Shown: positions 36,901-46,453, counted from the first letter of the stretch. The stretch is 49,808 nucleotides of DNA from Acidimicrobiales bacterium (GCA_049964535.1 JBMFXG010000001.1:1-49808); one strand, 5' to 3'. Notes: generated by a model not told the origin, from the letters alone. A program made the numbers and translations.

Positions 36901-38594
36901 TGTATTGATCGATGCGGGATATCGACGGTTGGTATCTAACAAATTGCCGTATCCTTCATCGAAGGTACGTTATCGATCTCTGACTAAACAGGTCGCTTTG
37001 AGCTCGAGGTACTTACTTGAGAGAGCGAATCGATTGGTGAAGTAGGTCGCTCAGATGGAAGACTTTGCGGGCGTACCGAATCGCCGGGGATGGCAGGTGT
37101 TGTACCGGTCAATACCTTACTCCGGCACGTAAACGGATCGAGTAAAGAGACCTCTTAGGGAGCGGCAGGGTCACTAGCACTTCGGGAGAATCGGGGACAG
37201 CCTCGTGCTGACAACGGATCTCAATAACTCCTCCACGGATCCACCCGAACTGCAGGTGTGTTGAAAGGACGGCGACCCTCTCCGACGCTCGCTTACAGAT
37301 GTTCGAGAGAGTGAGTACTGCTGATCTGCAGCGTGAAACCTCTCTCGTCTCGAGGAATACCTGCTAGGGAGAAGCGTCTCAGGCTGGAGCTTCGTCAACT
37401 TCGTAAGGTGCACGACGCAAGGGTAGGAAGGAATGAACCGTGACGCTGTCACGTCAACGAGTTGTCGTACCCCCTCGTAACGCGCGGTGTACAGGCGTTC
37501 TCAGGCAACGGATCTGCCGTGCGCTAGATGCACGCTTCATATGTTCATATGTTTTTGGCGCATTCGACAACACAGACGACGAGGTCCAGCATGGACTCAA
37601 TGCTGACGGGAGATCTCTGTCAGCGTGGCTCTTGCGAAGAGCAATACGCGATCTTTGGCGGTATCGGGCTGTGACCTCCAAGAGCGAGATAGCTCAGAAC
37701 TCAGGGCACTGACAGTACTTTGACGCTGTAACTGGCGTCGATCCCACTGAGTGCCGAGTCGTACTTGGAAGACCGTCTACGGACGAACTTGGAGTTTGGA
37801 TACCGACGTGGTCGCTCGTGTTCTGAGCCTCGATGTACGAGGATCTGCGAGCGAGTAGTGATATGTTTTGGGTCCTCAACGATCGTCATGATGGATGCGG
37901 CCACTGAAGCTGGAACTCGAGTGTTCTTGGTTGGCCCCGAGAAGTGCGAGAGACGAGATCGTCTTCACCGAGTGTCCTTCAGAGAGGAGGCTACGGTAAG
38001 GTCTCAGTACGTTCATCGCTATAGCGATGGAGCCCCGTAGCGAGAGGCCGTGTCCGATCTGTGGTGTCAGGTCCTTACTGAAGCGGTAGCCAGCTTGACG
38101 GATACATCTGTCGGTCCGAAGTATCGATTCTCCGGACTTCGATAGAGGCGCTCGTGCTACTTGCTGTCACTCTTTCAGCACTGATGGATAGTCCCGCACG
38201 GCCACTACTGTGACGTCGCCCAGGGCTCACTGCTACAACGTCGCCCGAAGGCGGTTGGAGTAGTGATCGACTGCGTCACCTAAGAACTGAAAGACTGAGT
38301 CCGGGATGAGGAATCCGATCGTTGCTCCAGCTCGATAACCGTTCCTCTGTTGTTGGCTCAATAAACGTCGGAGCGATTGTGGGGAATCGTCTGGTCGTGG
38401 AGGCGCTGGGAGAGCTAGGGTGATGGACGCGTAAGGATGGTGATGCAACGCCTCACTCTCTCTACTTCCGGGGGTTGGCGCTCCATCGGTAGGCTCTTTG
38501 GTCTGTGTTTCCTCTCAGGCGGAGGAAGTACGCTTCATGGCGGCAAGTTAAAGTACGATGGGACCTAGACGGATTTGGTTTGTCTGAGAATCTA

Positions 38595-40244
38595 ATGGTT
38601 ACAAGAGGAGTCGACCGAGCAGCTATGTTCTCCTCAGGACAAGGTGACAAGACGGAAGAGAGTTCCCACTACGACGGTCTCCTAGTCGTTAGGTTGTGGC
38701 ACGCCTTCCTCGAACTCGATGCGCTGCCGCTTGGATTCATCGGTTCACTAGCCGTGCTGATTGGATCGCTGCAGGACAACTCGCCATTCACTTCCAAGGT
38801 TCCGGGTTCGTGGTTCTTCGGGGTTCCGACACGGCCTCTCACCGGTAACGGATTCTTAGAGCTCGTGTCGACCTGGCTCATCTATTGCGGCATGATGCTC
38901 ACGATCTATGTTTGGGTCAGATTGGTCCTATCGATCTACCGTGGCGAGCGCCCAACCATGGGTCGATTGTGGGGGATATTCTTCCTCTGGGTCATACCGC
39001 TCATGGTCGCTGGTCCCTTACTCTCGCGAGATGTTTACTCCTATGCGGCGCAAGGAGAGATGGTCTCTCTTGGGATCTCTCCGTATCAAAACGGACCGTC
39101 GCTTTTGGGGCAGAACCCCTTTATCTACGCAGTCGATCCGATTTGGTCTCATGCACCGGCTCCCTATGGACCGCTCTTTCTAGCGGTTGCATCGTTGTTC
39201 GTCAATATCAGCGGTCATTCGGTCGTCGGAACGGTGGTCCTGCTGCGCTTGACCGCGCTTCTGGGGGTTGTCGCAGTTGGGGTCTACGCTCCCAAGATTG
39301 GTGAGTTGTTAGGTCAGCCGAGAGAGGGAGTCTTCGTGCTCTCGGCGCTCAACCCGCTCAGTCTTTACGACCTTGCTTCTGCCGGCCATAACGACGCGTG
39401 GATGCTAGGTCTCATGATGGCTGGGCTGTACTACGCGTTGACTCACCGGACCGTTCTCGGAATTATCTTAATTTCTTTAGCCGGTGCAGTGAAGGCACCG
39501 GCCTTTGCGGCACTTGCCTTCGTTGGCTACAACTGGGTTCAGACCCCATCGTTTTGGCCTCGACTGCGGTGGTCGATCGTGGCGTTGGTAGTTGCAGGTG
39601 TCGTGCTTGCGGGCCTGGGTGTTGTCACCGGCCTCGGGCTTGGCTGGGTTAAAGCGCTGGCGACGCCTGGAGCCGTGACGCTACCGGCCGATCCCATCAC
39701 GGCTTTGGCAACCACGGTCCATAGGGTAACCTCAGCACTCGGCGTACCTCTATCGATTCATCTCTACCTCTCCGTGATGAGAATACTCGGGCTTGGTCTA
39801 TCGGGCGTTGTCGGTCTGATCCTCGTGCTGCGATCGAACCGGCAGAAACTCATTCGCTCGCTCGGCATTAGTCTTTTGGTGCTGGTCTTCTTTGGTCCTG
39901 TTGTTTGGCCTTGGTACCTTGTCTGGGCGATAGCCGTCCTAGCCTGCTCTGCAGGAAAATACCTTACCTATGCCATCGTTGGGATCTCGATAGCAGCCTT
40001 TCCGCTCTCGTTCCCCGGCGGAGGTCAATCGATTGTGTCGTGGATCGCCTATATCAGTGCTCTCACACTGGTCGGTATTGCGGTCGCCTATCGTTTTGAG
40101 TGGCTTTCACACGAGCATCGATTGCAGGTGGAAGAGGTTCTGGTTCGTTTCCAGTGGATGATCACTGATGAGTTTGGGGTGCAACGTTCACTCGCAAACC
40201 CGAGTCATCTTGAATCTACCGTTTCGCAACAGAGCACGAGGTGA
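38595..40244 (+). CDS. GT-C family polyprenol-phosphate-mannose-dependent alpha-(1,6)-mannosyltransferase-like membrane protein (MptB/DUF2029-like)
   Basis: Polytopic membrane protein. Motif LLSRDVYSYAAQGEMVSLGISPYQNGPSLLGQNPFIYAVDPIWSHAPAPYGPLFL matches the first-loop signature of the MptA/MptB family. The longest ORF starts at GTG 38505, but its first 30 codons look non-protein-like. ATG 38595 or 38625 is more likely, and none has a good SD. Confidence 0.65.
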   Translation: MVTRGVDRAAMFSSGQGDKTEESSHYDGLLVVRLWHAFLELDALPLGFIGSLAVLIGSLQDNSPFTSKVPGSWFFGVPTRPLTGNGFLELVSTWLIYCGMMLTIYVWVRLVLSIYRGERPTMGRLWGIFFLWVIPLMVAGPLLSRDVYSYAAQGEMVSLGISPYQNGPSLLGQNPFIYAVDPIWSHAPAPYGPLFLAVASLFVNISGHSVVGTVVLLRLTALLGVVAVGVYAPKIGELLGQPREGVFVLSALNPLSLYDLASAGHNDAWMLGLMMAGLYYALTHRTVLGIILISLAGAVKAPAFAALAFVGYNWVQTPSFWPRLRWSIVALVVAGVVLAGLGVVTGLGLGWVKALATPGAVTLPADPITALATTVHRVTSALGVPLSIHLYLSVMRILGLGLSGVVGLILVLRSNRQKLIRSLGISLLVLVFFGPVVWPWYLVWAIAVLACSAGKYLTYAIVGISIAAFPLSFPGGGQSIVSWIAYISALTLVGIAVAYRFEWLSHEHRLQVEEVLVRFQWMITDEFGVQRSLANPSHLESTVSQQSTR

Positions 40245-40876
40245 CAAGCGTTCCGGATGCTACATCGGCACTCATCCTCGCGGACCAGCGTTTTGCGGAG
40301 CTGCGTGCTCGATATGGAGAACCTCGTTTGACTCGAGATTCGACCCGAGGTGGCGAGTCGACCGAGGCGAAAGGATCGCCATTTGAGACGCTCGTTCGCA
40401 CGGTAGTAAGCCAGCAACTCTCTGGAACCATAGCGGATAGATTATTCGAGCGAATCGACCTTCTTTGTGGTGGCGAACTCTCTCCAGACGCAGTGGTGGG
40501 CGTCGGTCGTGAGGGACTTGTTAGCATTGGCCTCTCACGGGCCAAGGCGCAGTCGATTTACGAGCTTGCGGGAAAGATCGTAGATGGTGAGCTCGCTCTC
40601 TCTATTTTTGAGGCGATGAGCGACGAGGAGGTCACGCAACTTCTCCTGCGGTTGCGAGGATTCGGTCCGTGGAGTGCTCATATGTTCTTGATCTTTCATC
40701 TTGGGCGGCTCGATATATGGCCGAGCGGTGATCTCGGGGTAAGAAAGGGGCTGAGTCGACTTCTCGAAGCTCCTGCGTTACTTGGGCCTCAAGAAACACA
40801 GCTTCACGGTGAGCGATGGAGGCCCTATCGGACGATAGCAGCGTGGTATCTCTGGCGTCTAGCTGATGGTGGTTGA
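40241..40876 (+). CDS. DNA-3-methyladenine glycosylase II / HhH-GPD base-excision enzyme (AlkA-like)
   Basis: 211 aa. Motifs FETLVRTVVSQQLSGTIA, GLSRAKAQSIYELA and LLRLRGFGPWSAHMFLIFHLGRLDIWPSGDLGVRKG (HhH-GPD with catalytic Asp). Confidence 0.8.
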   Translation: MTSVPDATSALILADQRFAELRARYGEPRLTRDSTRGGESTEAKGSPFETLVRTVVSQQLSGTIADRLFERIDLLCGGELSPDAVVGVGREGLVSIGLSRAKAQSIYELAGKIVDGELALSIFEAMSDEEVTQLLLRLRGFGPWSAHMFLIFHLGRLDIWPSGDLGVRKGLSRLLEAPALLGPQETQLHGERWRPYRTIAAWYLWRLADGG

Positions 40877-41374
40877 GCGCCTTGCTCGAGTCAGCATGCA
40901 TTGCATGAGCGCAATGTCGATCCACTGCCCGAACTTGCGGCCCACTTCTTGTTCAATGCCGACGAGTTGAAATCCACAGCTTCGATGGAGTTCTAGCGAG
41001 GCAGACTGCGTTGCAACAACCCGTGCCATGCAACTATGAAATCCGAGTGTCGCTGCGGAGTTCAAGAGTCCGGTAAGTAGGAGGCGTCCTACCCCGAGCC
41101 GACGAGCATCTCTATGTACGTAGATTGAGTTCTCAACCGTCGATGAGTAGCCAGGGCGAGGTCGGTACGGGCTGAGAGAGGCGAAGCCGATGACGACTCC
41201 CTCTGAAACACAGACCAAAGCGGTGTGGATTCCGCTGTGCTCCTGCATCCACTGGTCTTGAGCCTCTCGAGAGCGAGGAACGAGGTCTAAAGTTGCGACG
41301 GAACCTCGTACTTCGTGGTTGTAGATCTCTCTGATCGCTTCGGCGTCGTTGGGCTCGATCCCGCGTACCATCAC
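40859..41374 (-). CDS. GNAT family N-acetyltransferase (phosphinothricin-acetyltransferase-like)
   Basis: 171 aa. Motifs IREIYNHEVRGSVATLD and YVHRDARRLGVGRLLLTGLL (acetyl-CoA Q/RxxGxG/A motif). It converges on and overlaps the alkA-like gene by 18 bp. Confidence 0.8.
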   Translation of the reverse strand: MMVRGIEPNDAEAIREIYNHEVRGSVATLDLVPRSREAQDQWMQEHSGIHTALVCVSEGVVIGFASLSPYRPRPGYSSTVENSIYVHRDARRLGVGRLLLTGLLNSAATLGFHSCMARVVATQSASLELHRSCGFQLVGIEQEVGRKFGQWIDIALMQCMLTRARRSTTIS

Positions 41375-41477
41375 GACCTCAGTGTAGAGGTAAGCAGAAG
41401 CAGGGGCAGGCGATTCGACGAAGAGCTGAGAGTGTACGAACTTGACCTTTTGAAACGCTACACTACTAAGGTCTGTT

Positions 41478-41553
41478 GCCCCCTTAGCTCAGTAGGCAGA
41501 GCACAGCCATGGTAAGGCTGGTGTCGTCGGTTCGATTCCGACAGGGGGCTCCA
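41478..41553 (+). tRNA. tRNA-Thr (anticodon GGT), CCA encoded
   Basis: Acceptor GCCCCCT/AGGGGGC. Anticodon stem CAGCC/GGCTG with loop AT-GGT-AA. T-arm GTCGG-TTCGATT-CCGAC. Discriminator T plus CCA. Confidence 0.9.
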
Positions 41554-41554
41554 T

Positions 41555-41631
41555 GGCGGCGTAGCTCAGCTGGTCAGAGCACACGGCTCATAATCGTGGG
41601 GTCGTCGGTTCAAGTCCGACCGCCGCTACCA
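41555..41631 (+). tRNA. tRNA-Met, elongator type (anticodon CAT), CCA encoded
   Basis: Acceptor GGCGGCG/CGCCGCT (G1-U72). Anticodon stem CACGG/TCGTG with loop CT-CAT-AA. T-arm GTCGG-TTCAAGT-CCGAC. It lacks the initiator features (no 1:72 mismatch, no GGG/CCC in the anticodon stem). Confidence 0.85.
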
Positions 41632-41765
41632 TGTTCGAGGTTGATAGAGGGTCTCTGAGGTTGCTGCCGTCGGTTGTCGTCTCCTCAGGCGATGCTAGAT
41701 GTAAAACGTGCTAAACTCAGGAGACCTTTCGAACGTCGTGGACGTCTGAGTAACGGAGTTGAACT

Positions 41766-41930
41766 ATGGCGAAGAATGAGAAACGAGTCAAGGTTACGCT
41801 CGCTTGTGAGGACTGCAAGCGACGAAACTATATCACGACGAAGAATAGGCAGAATGATCGAGAGCGAATCGAGATGAAGAAGTTCTGTCAGTGGGATCGT
41901 CGCCACACCTTACATAAAGAGACAAGGTAG
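41766..41930 (+). CDS. rpmG: 50S ribosomal protein L33
   Basis: 54-aa ORF, below the track cutoff. Sequence [54 protein letters not shown]. It holds the canonical position after tRNA-Thr/tRNA-Met. Confidence 0.9.
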   Translation: MAKNEKRVKVTLACEDCKRRNYITTKNRQNDRERIEMKKFCQWDRRHTLHKETR

Positions 41931-41938
41931 TAGCGAAC

Positions 41939-42556
41939 GTGGTGCGGGAGATCAATTCCAGCGACCACGTATCGGGGGACCGAGCAGCAGGTGATGAGAT
42001 TGAGAGTCAGCCGGAGCACAACTTTGACGAATTGGTTCGCAGCACCTATAAGTCGAGCCTAGCGCTCGCTGTTCGGTTGGTTGGGAATCTCGAAGACGCC
42101 TCTGACGTGATTCAGGATGCATATCTCAAGGCGTATCGAGCAATCGGTAGTTTCCGCGGAGAGGCCTCCTTCGAAACCTGGTTTCATCGAATCGTTTCGA
42201 ATACCGCTTTCAGTTTTCGGCATCGGCGAGGGCGACGTAGTGCAAGAGAGTCTGCTTCGATGGTAGAGGCGGCTCATGAGTGGACCGGTGTATTAGAGAG
42301 TGACACCGTCTCAGTCGTGAGCTCGGCAAAAGTCGATCTTGAGCGAGCTCTTGCTAAGTTGCCGAGCCGTCTGACCTCGGTAATCATTCTGAAAGATCTC
42401 TACGGCCTTTCTCATCGGGAGATAGCGGAAAAGCTCCAGATTACGGAAGCTACGGCCAAGGTGTGGTTGCACCGAGGTCGAAAACGCCTTGGCGAGCTGG
42501 TCGGAGACCACGAGCGAGGGCAGGAGGATGATCCGGATCATCGCAGCGCGGCCTAA
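41939..42556 (+). CDS. RNA polymerase ECF-type sigma-70 factor
   Basis: 205 aa. Region 2 is DASDVIQDAYLKAYRAIGSFRGEASFETWFHRIVSNT. Region 4 is LKDLYGLSHREIAEKLQITEATAKVWLHRGRKRL. GTG start lies 8 nt after the rpmG stop. Confidence 0.88.
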   Translation: MVREINSSDHVSGDRAAGDEIESQPEHNFDELVRSTYKSSLALAVRLVGNLEDASDVIQDAYLKAYRAIGSFRGEASFETWFHRIVSNTAFSFRHRRGRRSARESASMVEAAHEWTGVLESDTVSVVSSAKVDLERALAKLPSRLTSVIILKDLYGLSHREIAEKLQITEATAKVWLHRGRKRLGELVGDHERGQEDDPDHRSAA

Positions 42557-42699
42557 GGCAGCAGCCTTCATCTCCGGCCGCACTGATGTCGTGGGCGAGG
42601 GCTTCAGGTTTACTCTCCTGAGGGAGGTTTGACCAGATCGCCTCGTTCTTGCACTAGAGCCTTTTCTTTCGAATCCTGCTAGTATTCTTTGGTTGACAT

Positions 42700-42772
42700 A
42701 GGGTAGTAGCTCAATTGGTAGAGCACCGGTCTCCAAAACCGGGTGTTGGGGGTTCGAGTCCCTCCTGCCCTG
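42700..42772 (+). tRNA. tRNA-Trp (anticodon CCA)
   Basis: Acceptor AGGGTAG/CTGCCCT. Anticodon stem CCGGT/ACCGG with loop CT-CCA-AA. T-arm GGGGG-TTCGAGT-CCCTC. Discriminator G. Confidence 0.9.
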
Positions 42773-42801
42773 CTGGAATGACGGCGAGATAGAGGTAGGA
42801 C

Positions 42802-43101
42802 GTGAATCGCGAGACGAAGCGTATGATGCAGCGCCAAGGTCAGCTCGACGAGAGCGGGCAGCCCGCCACGCAGCGGACTGCGTCTGGACCGGCGCGTCGG
42901 AGTGTTCCCGAGGGCCAGAGGCGAGGTATTCGTGAGTACTTCAAGAATGTCCGGAGTGAACTGCGGAAGGTCAATTGGCCGTCTCGAAGTGATGTCTTGA
43001 ACTACTCCTCAGTCGTGATGATCTCGCTGATCGTAGTAATATCGCTGATCTTTGGGTTGAACTACATCTTCTCCAAGGCCGTGTTTTTCCTCTTCAAGTA
43101 A
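42802..43101 (+). CDS. secE: Preprotein translocase subunit SecE
   Basis: 99 aa. A basic N-terminal region is followed by YFKNVRSELRKVNWPSRSDVLNYSSVVMISLIVVISLIFGLNY. Conserved position before nusG. Confidence 0.9.
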   Translation: MNRETKRMMQRQGQLDESGQPATQRTASGPARRSVPEGQRRGIREYFKNVRSELRKVNWPSRSDVLNYSSVVMISLIVVISLIFGLNYIFSKAVFFLFK

Positions 43102-43118
43102 GGGTGCAAGCTAGTTAG

Positions 43119-43847
43119 ATGGTGGTAGCAGTGGAGGATCAGTTCGATTCAGGAGAGTCTGTGGAGAACGATGAGGAGGTCGCGCCTGTCGACGAGACTC
43201 TAGGAACGGATGGAGATCTCGGCGAAGATTCGTTGGCTGGTGTGCTCAGTGAGGACGACTCCTTTGAGGAAGAGTTTGAGTTCGAGGAGAGCCCCTTTGA
43301 TCGTCCGGGAGACTGGTACGTCATCCATTGTTACGCTGGCTACGAGAACAAGGTAAAGTCCAACATCGCAGCCGTAGCGAAATCACGTGATATGGAAGAC
43401 TTGATCTTCGAAGTGGAGATTCCGGTCGAAGACGTAACCGAGGTCAAAAACGGTAAGAAGGTAACCCTTCAAAAAAAGGTCTATCCAGGCTACATCATGG
43501 TCCGGTGCTACATGGATGATGATGTTTGGTCGGCTATTCGGAATACTCCGGGTGTGACCTCATTTGTCGGATTGGCTTCGCAGCCGACTCCGCTTCCTCG
43601 TCAAGAGGTGGAGTCAATGTTTGGCTACGTGGTCGGTCGGCCGTCGAGCACGGAGCCAAGGAAGGTCAAGCCTAAGGTCGACTTTGAGATCGGGGAGACT
43701 ATCCGAGTTAAAGAAGGTCCGCTCGCAGACTTTTCTGGTCAAATATCTGAGATCAATGATGATCAACTCAAGTTGAAGGTACTCTTTAACATTTTTGGTC
43801 GAGAAACTCCGGTCGAATTGGAGTTCTCTCAGGTCTCGAAGCTGTAA
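43119..43847 (+). CDS. nusG: Transcription termination/antitermination factor NusG (with acidic N-terminal extension)
   Basis: 242 aa. Motifs [25 protein letters not shown], and the KOW region [22 protein letters not shown]. Confidence 0.93.
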   Translation: MVVAVEDQFDSGESVENDEEVAPVDETLGTDGDLGEDSLAGVLSEDDSFEEEFEFEESPFDRPGDWYVIHCYAGYENKVKSNIAAVAKSRDMEDLIFEVEIPVEDVTEVKNGKKVTLQKKVYPGYIMVRCYMDDDVWSAIRNTPGVTSFVGLASQPTPLPRQEVESMFGYVVGRPSSTEPRKVKPKVDFEIGETIRVKEGPLADFSGQISEINDDQLKLKVLFNIFGRETPVELEFSQVSKL

Positions 43848-43882
43848 TCTCGTAAGGTTATCTTTTTGGAAGTGAGTCAGTA

Positions 43883-44317
43883 ATGGCAAAGCGGCGCGTT
43901 ACCGCAATAGTTAAAATCAATCTTCCAGCGGGTTCGGCCACACCGGCACCGCCGGTTGGTACGGCTCTTGGGCCTCACGGAATCCAGACCATGGAGTTTG
44001 TGAAGCAGTACAACGCTGCGACTGAGTCTCAGCGTGGCCAAGTGATACCGGTTGAAGTGACGATCTACGATGATCGCTCTTTTACCTTTATACTGAAGAC
44101 TCCTCCAACGCCGGTCTTATTGCGGCAGGCTGCGGGGGTGGAGAAGGGTTCGGCGACGAACGCTGTTGTGACAGTTGGTACTGTCACAAGGGATCAGATC
44201 GCCGAGATCGCTAAGACCAAGTTGCAGGACTTGAATGCTTACGATCTTGATGCTGCTATTCGTCAGGTGGAAGGTACCGCCCGTTCGATGGGAATCAAGG
44301 TCGCGAGCAACGACTGA
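43883..44317 (+). CDS. rplK: 50S ribosomal protein L11
   Basis: 144 aa. Sequence [34 protein letters not shown]. Confidence 0.95.
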   Translation: MAKRRVTAIVKINLPAGSATPAPPVGTALGPHGIQTMEFVKQYNAATESQRGQVIPVEVTIYDDRSFTFILKTPPTPVLLRQAAGVEKGSATNAVVTVGTVTRDQIAEIAKTKLQDLNAYDLDAAIRQVEGTARSMGIKVASND

Positions 44318-44346
44318 CTGCTGAATGATTGGGAGATCTTAAGGAT

Positions 44347-45084
44347 ATGACTACGAATACGAAGGCCCGTAAGGCCCAAGATGCTCTCATTGAGCACGAT
44401 AAGCTCTATTCCCCGACTGAAGCGGTGCCTCTGGTCAAGAAGGTTGCACGGGCTAAGTTTGACGAATCTGTCGAGCTCTCCGTTCGTCTGGGCGTTGATC
44501 CCCGTAAGGCGGATCAAATAGTTCGAGGTACTGTTGGTTTACCAGCTGGGACTGGTCGCACGGTGCGTGTGGCTGTTTTTGCTGCCGGTGATGCCGCGGC
44601 GGCGGCTCGTGACGCCGGCGCTGATGTGGTCGGTTCTGACGATCTGGTTGCGCGAATCGAGAAGGAAGGCTTTCTCGATTTTGATATAGCAATCGCGACA
44701 CCGGACCTCATGGGTCAGGTGGGTCGCTTAGGTAAGGTTCTTGGGCCACGGGGGCTTATGCCGAACCCGAAGACGGGTACTGTCACTACCGATGTTGCGC
44801 GGGCGGTCTCTGAGTTCAAAGCGGGCCGAGTTGAATATCGGACCGACAAGGTGGGTATCGTCCATCTACCGATCGGCAAGGTCTCATTCCCACCTGCTGA
44901 TCTTGCGCGAAACTTTCGGGCAGCTATTGAGGAGCTTCAGCGAGCGAAGCCTGCATCAGCGAAGGGTAGGTACCTTCGTTCGGTTTCGATCTGCTCGACG
45001 ATGGGTCCTTCTATCAAGATCGATACGAACCATATTCGTCTCACAGACGAAGATCTTGCTCTTTTAGGCGAGCAGACTGCTTAA
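44347..45084 (+). CDS. rplA: 50S ribosomal protein L1
   Basis: ATG at M7 of track ORF 44329-45084. Motifs [26 protein letters not shown] and [15 protein letters not shown]. Confidence 0.93.
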   Translation: MTTNTKARKAQDALIEHDKLYSPTEAVPLVKKVARAKFDESVELSVRLGVDPRKADQIVRGTVGLPAGTGRTVRVAVFAAGDAAAAARDAGADVVGSDDLVARIEKEGFLDFDIAIATPDLMGQVGRLGKVLGPRGLMPNPKTGTVTTDVARAVSEFKAGRVEYRTDKVGIVHLPIGKVSFPPADLARNFRAAIEELQRAKPASAKGRYLRSVSICSTMGPSIKIDTNHIRLTDEDLALLGEQTA

Positions 45085-45231
45085 TTAGCGAAAAAAACGA
45101 CTAGCGTCACAGCGTTCTACTTTTCTTGGACTTGCTGAAGAGATCCGGTGCTCATTGAGCTTAAAGGAGTGATCCGCCCGAGGAAGCGGTCTCTCCGGGT
45201 CGAGTGAGTAGTTCCCTTGCACTCGAGGAGA

Positions 45232-45774
45232 ATGATGGATAATCCAAGACCTGAAAAGGTCGCAATTGTAGATGACTTGAAGAAGAGGCTGGCAGAGAGT
45301 TCGGCGGTGCTGATCTCTGAGTATCGTGGATTGAAGGTTTCCGAGCTTGAATCGCTTCGACGAGATCTTCGGGCAAAAGGCGCAGAGATCAAGGTCTTCA
45401 AGAATACCTTGGTCAGAATAGCTGCACGAGAAGGTGGCCATGCGGTAATTGAGCCACTTCTCGAGGGGCCAACGGCTCTGACTTTTGTCTCTGACGATGC
45501 TGCGGTCGTGGCAAAATCCCTCCGGGAGTTTGCACGTACTCAGCCAGCTCTCGTTATCAAGGGTGGCCTGTTAGGTGGCAAGCGATTGGGCGTGGAGGAA
45601 ACGCTAGCTCTTGCGGATCTTCCCTCTCGCGAAGTTCTGCTTGCGAGGTTGGCCGGAGGTTTCGCTGCGCCGCTACAGAGCTTCGCCGGCTTGGTGAAGG
45701 CGCTTCCGCAGAACTTCGCCTATGCACTGTCTGCACTTGTGGAGAAGCGTCAGGGCGATTCGTCGAGCGAATAA
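45232..45774 (+). CDS. rplJ: 50S ribosomal protein L10
   Basis: Sequence MMDNPRPEKVAIVDDLKKRLAESSAVLISEYRGLKVSELESLRRDLR. GAGGAG lies just upstream. The start is ATG 45232 or 45235; the track start 45217 is less likely. Confidence 0.9.
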   Translation: MMDNPRPEKVAIVDDLKKRLAESSAVLISEYRGLKVSELESLRRDLRAKGAEIKVFKNTLVRIAAREGGHAVIEPLLEGPTALTFVSDDAAVVAKSLREFARTQPALVIKGGLLGGKRLGVEETLALADLPSREVLLARLAGGFAAPLQSFAGLVKALPQNFAYALSALVEKRQGDSSSE

Positions 45775-45848
45775 GCATCTTGTTCGTTGGGTCAAGGTTT
45801 TGATGTCATAGCCCGGAGGGGCAAAGTAGAAAAAGGAGAAAGTTGATC

Positions 45849-46235
45849 ATGGCAACCACAGAAGAGATTTTGGAGTCGATCTCGTCGATGACCGTTTTAG
45901 AGCTTTCGGAGCTCTTGAAGGCCTTTGAAGAGAAGTTCGGTGTCACGGCTGCGGCTCCAGTCGCAGTAGCTGCACCTTCCGCTGGTGGCGCTGGTGGAAC
46001 CGATGCGCCGGCCGCCGAGGAGCAGGACGAGTTTGATGTCATCCTCGCCAGTGCGGGAGAGAAGAAGATCCAAGTTATCAAAGAAGTACGCACCTTGACG
46101 AGCCTCGGGCTCAAGGAGGCGAAGGATCTTGTCGATGGTGCACCGAAGCCTGTTCTTGAGAAGGTCTCGAAGGAAGACGCAGAGAAGGCGAAGGCTGCAC
46201 TCGAGGGTGCAGGCGCTACAGTCGAACTCAAGTAG
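45849..46235 (+). CDS. rplL: 50S ribosomal protein L7/L12
   Basis: Sequence [32 protein letters not shown]...[34 protein letters not shown] is at M3 of the track ORF. Confidence 0.95.
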   Translation: MATTEEILESISSMTVLELSELLKAFEEKFGVTAAAPVAVAAPSAGGAGGTDAPAAEEQDEFDVILASAGEKKIQVIKEVRTLTSLGLKEAKDLVDGAPKPVLEKVSKEDAEKAKAALEGAGATVELK

Positions 46236-46257
46236 TTTTACGTTCGCAGTTCTTACG

Positions 46258-46286
46258 GCCGGAGATCCAAGGGATCTCCGGCTTTC
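46258..46286 (+). terminator. Rho-independent terminator/attenuator between rplL and rpoB
   Basis: Stem GCCGGAGATCC aag GGATCTCCGGC (11-bp perfect stem) followed by TTTC. Confidence 0.7.
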
Positions 46287-46453
46287 AGGTGTCCCCGCGG
46301 CATGGACGTGTAGCTGAACGTCTATGCTGGTATTGTCGTGCGCAGTTTTCCTTCATTGGTCCCGAATGCCGGATCTTCTTCGCGCCATCTCCCAGTGCGG
46401 TTTCTAGCAGTTGTATCGACGTACCCTAGTTCTAATAAAGGAGTTTCCCGTTG

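Noticed and set aside
38060-38095. SRP-RNA-like CAGGUCC...GAAGC...AGC words
   Set aside because: The flanks cannot form the domain IV helix with a GNRA/GGAA loop, and the conserved symmetric-loop residues are absent.
38461-38490. tRNA-Tyr 3'-end-like fragment as a bona fide attR
   Set aside because: Only short words (CTAC, GGGGGTT, CTCC) are shared, with indels. There is no exact direct repeat of 12 nt or more of the tRNA end, so an intact integrative element is not supported. I mention it only as a weak clue in the finding.
45135-45145. Hammerhead-like CUGAAGA core word in the rplJ leader (and CCGAUGA at about 4296)
   Set aside because: No matching GAAA and stem II/III arrangement follows. 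The 4296 instance also lacks the invariant U4.
45806-46231. 141-aa minus-strand ORF
   Set aside because: Antisense to rplL. It is an Ala/Ser-rich mirror of the L7/L12 alanine-rich linker.
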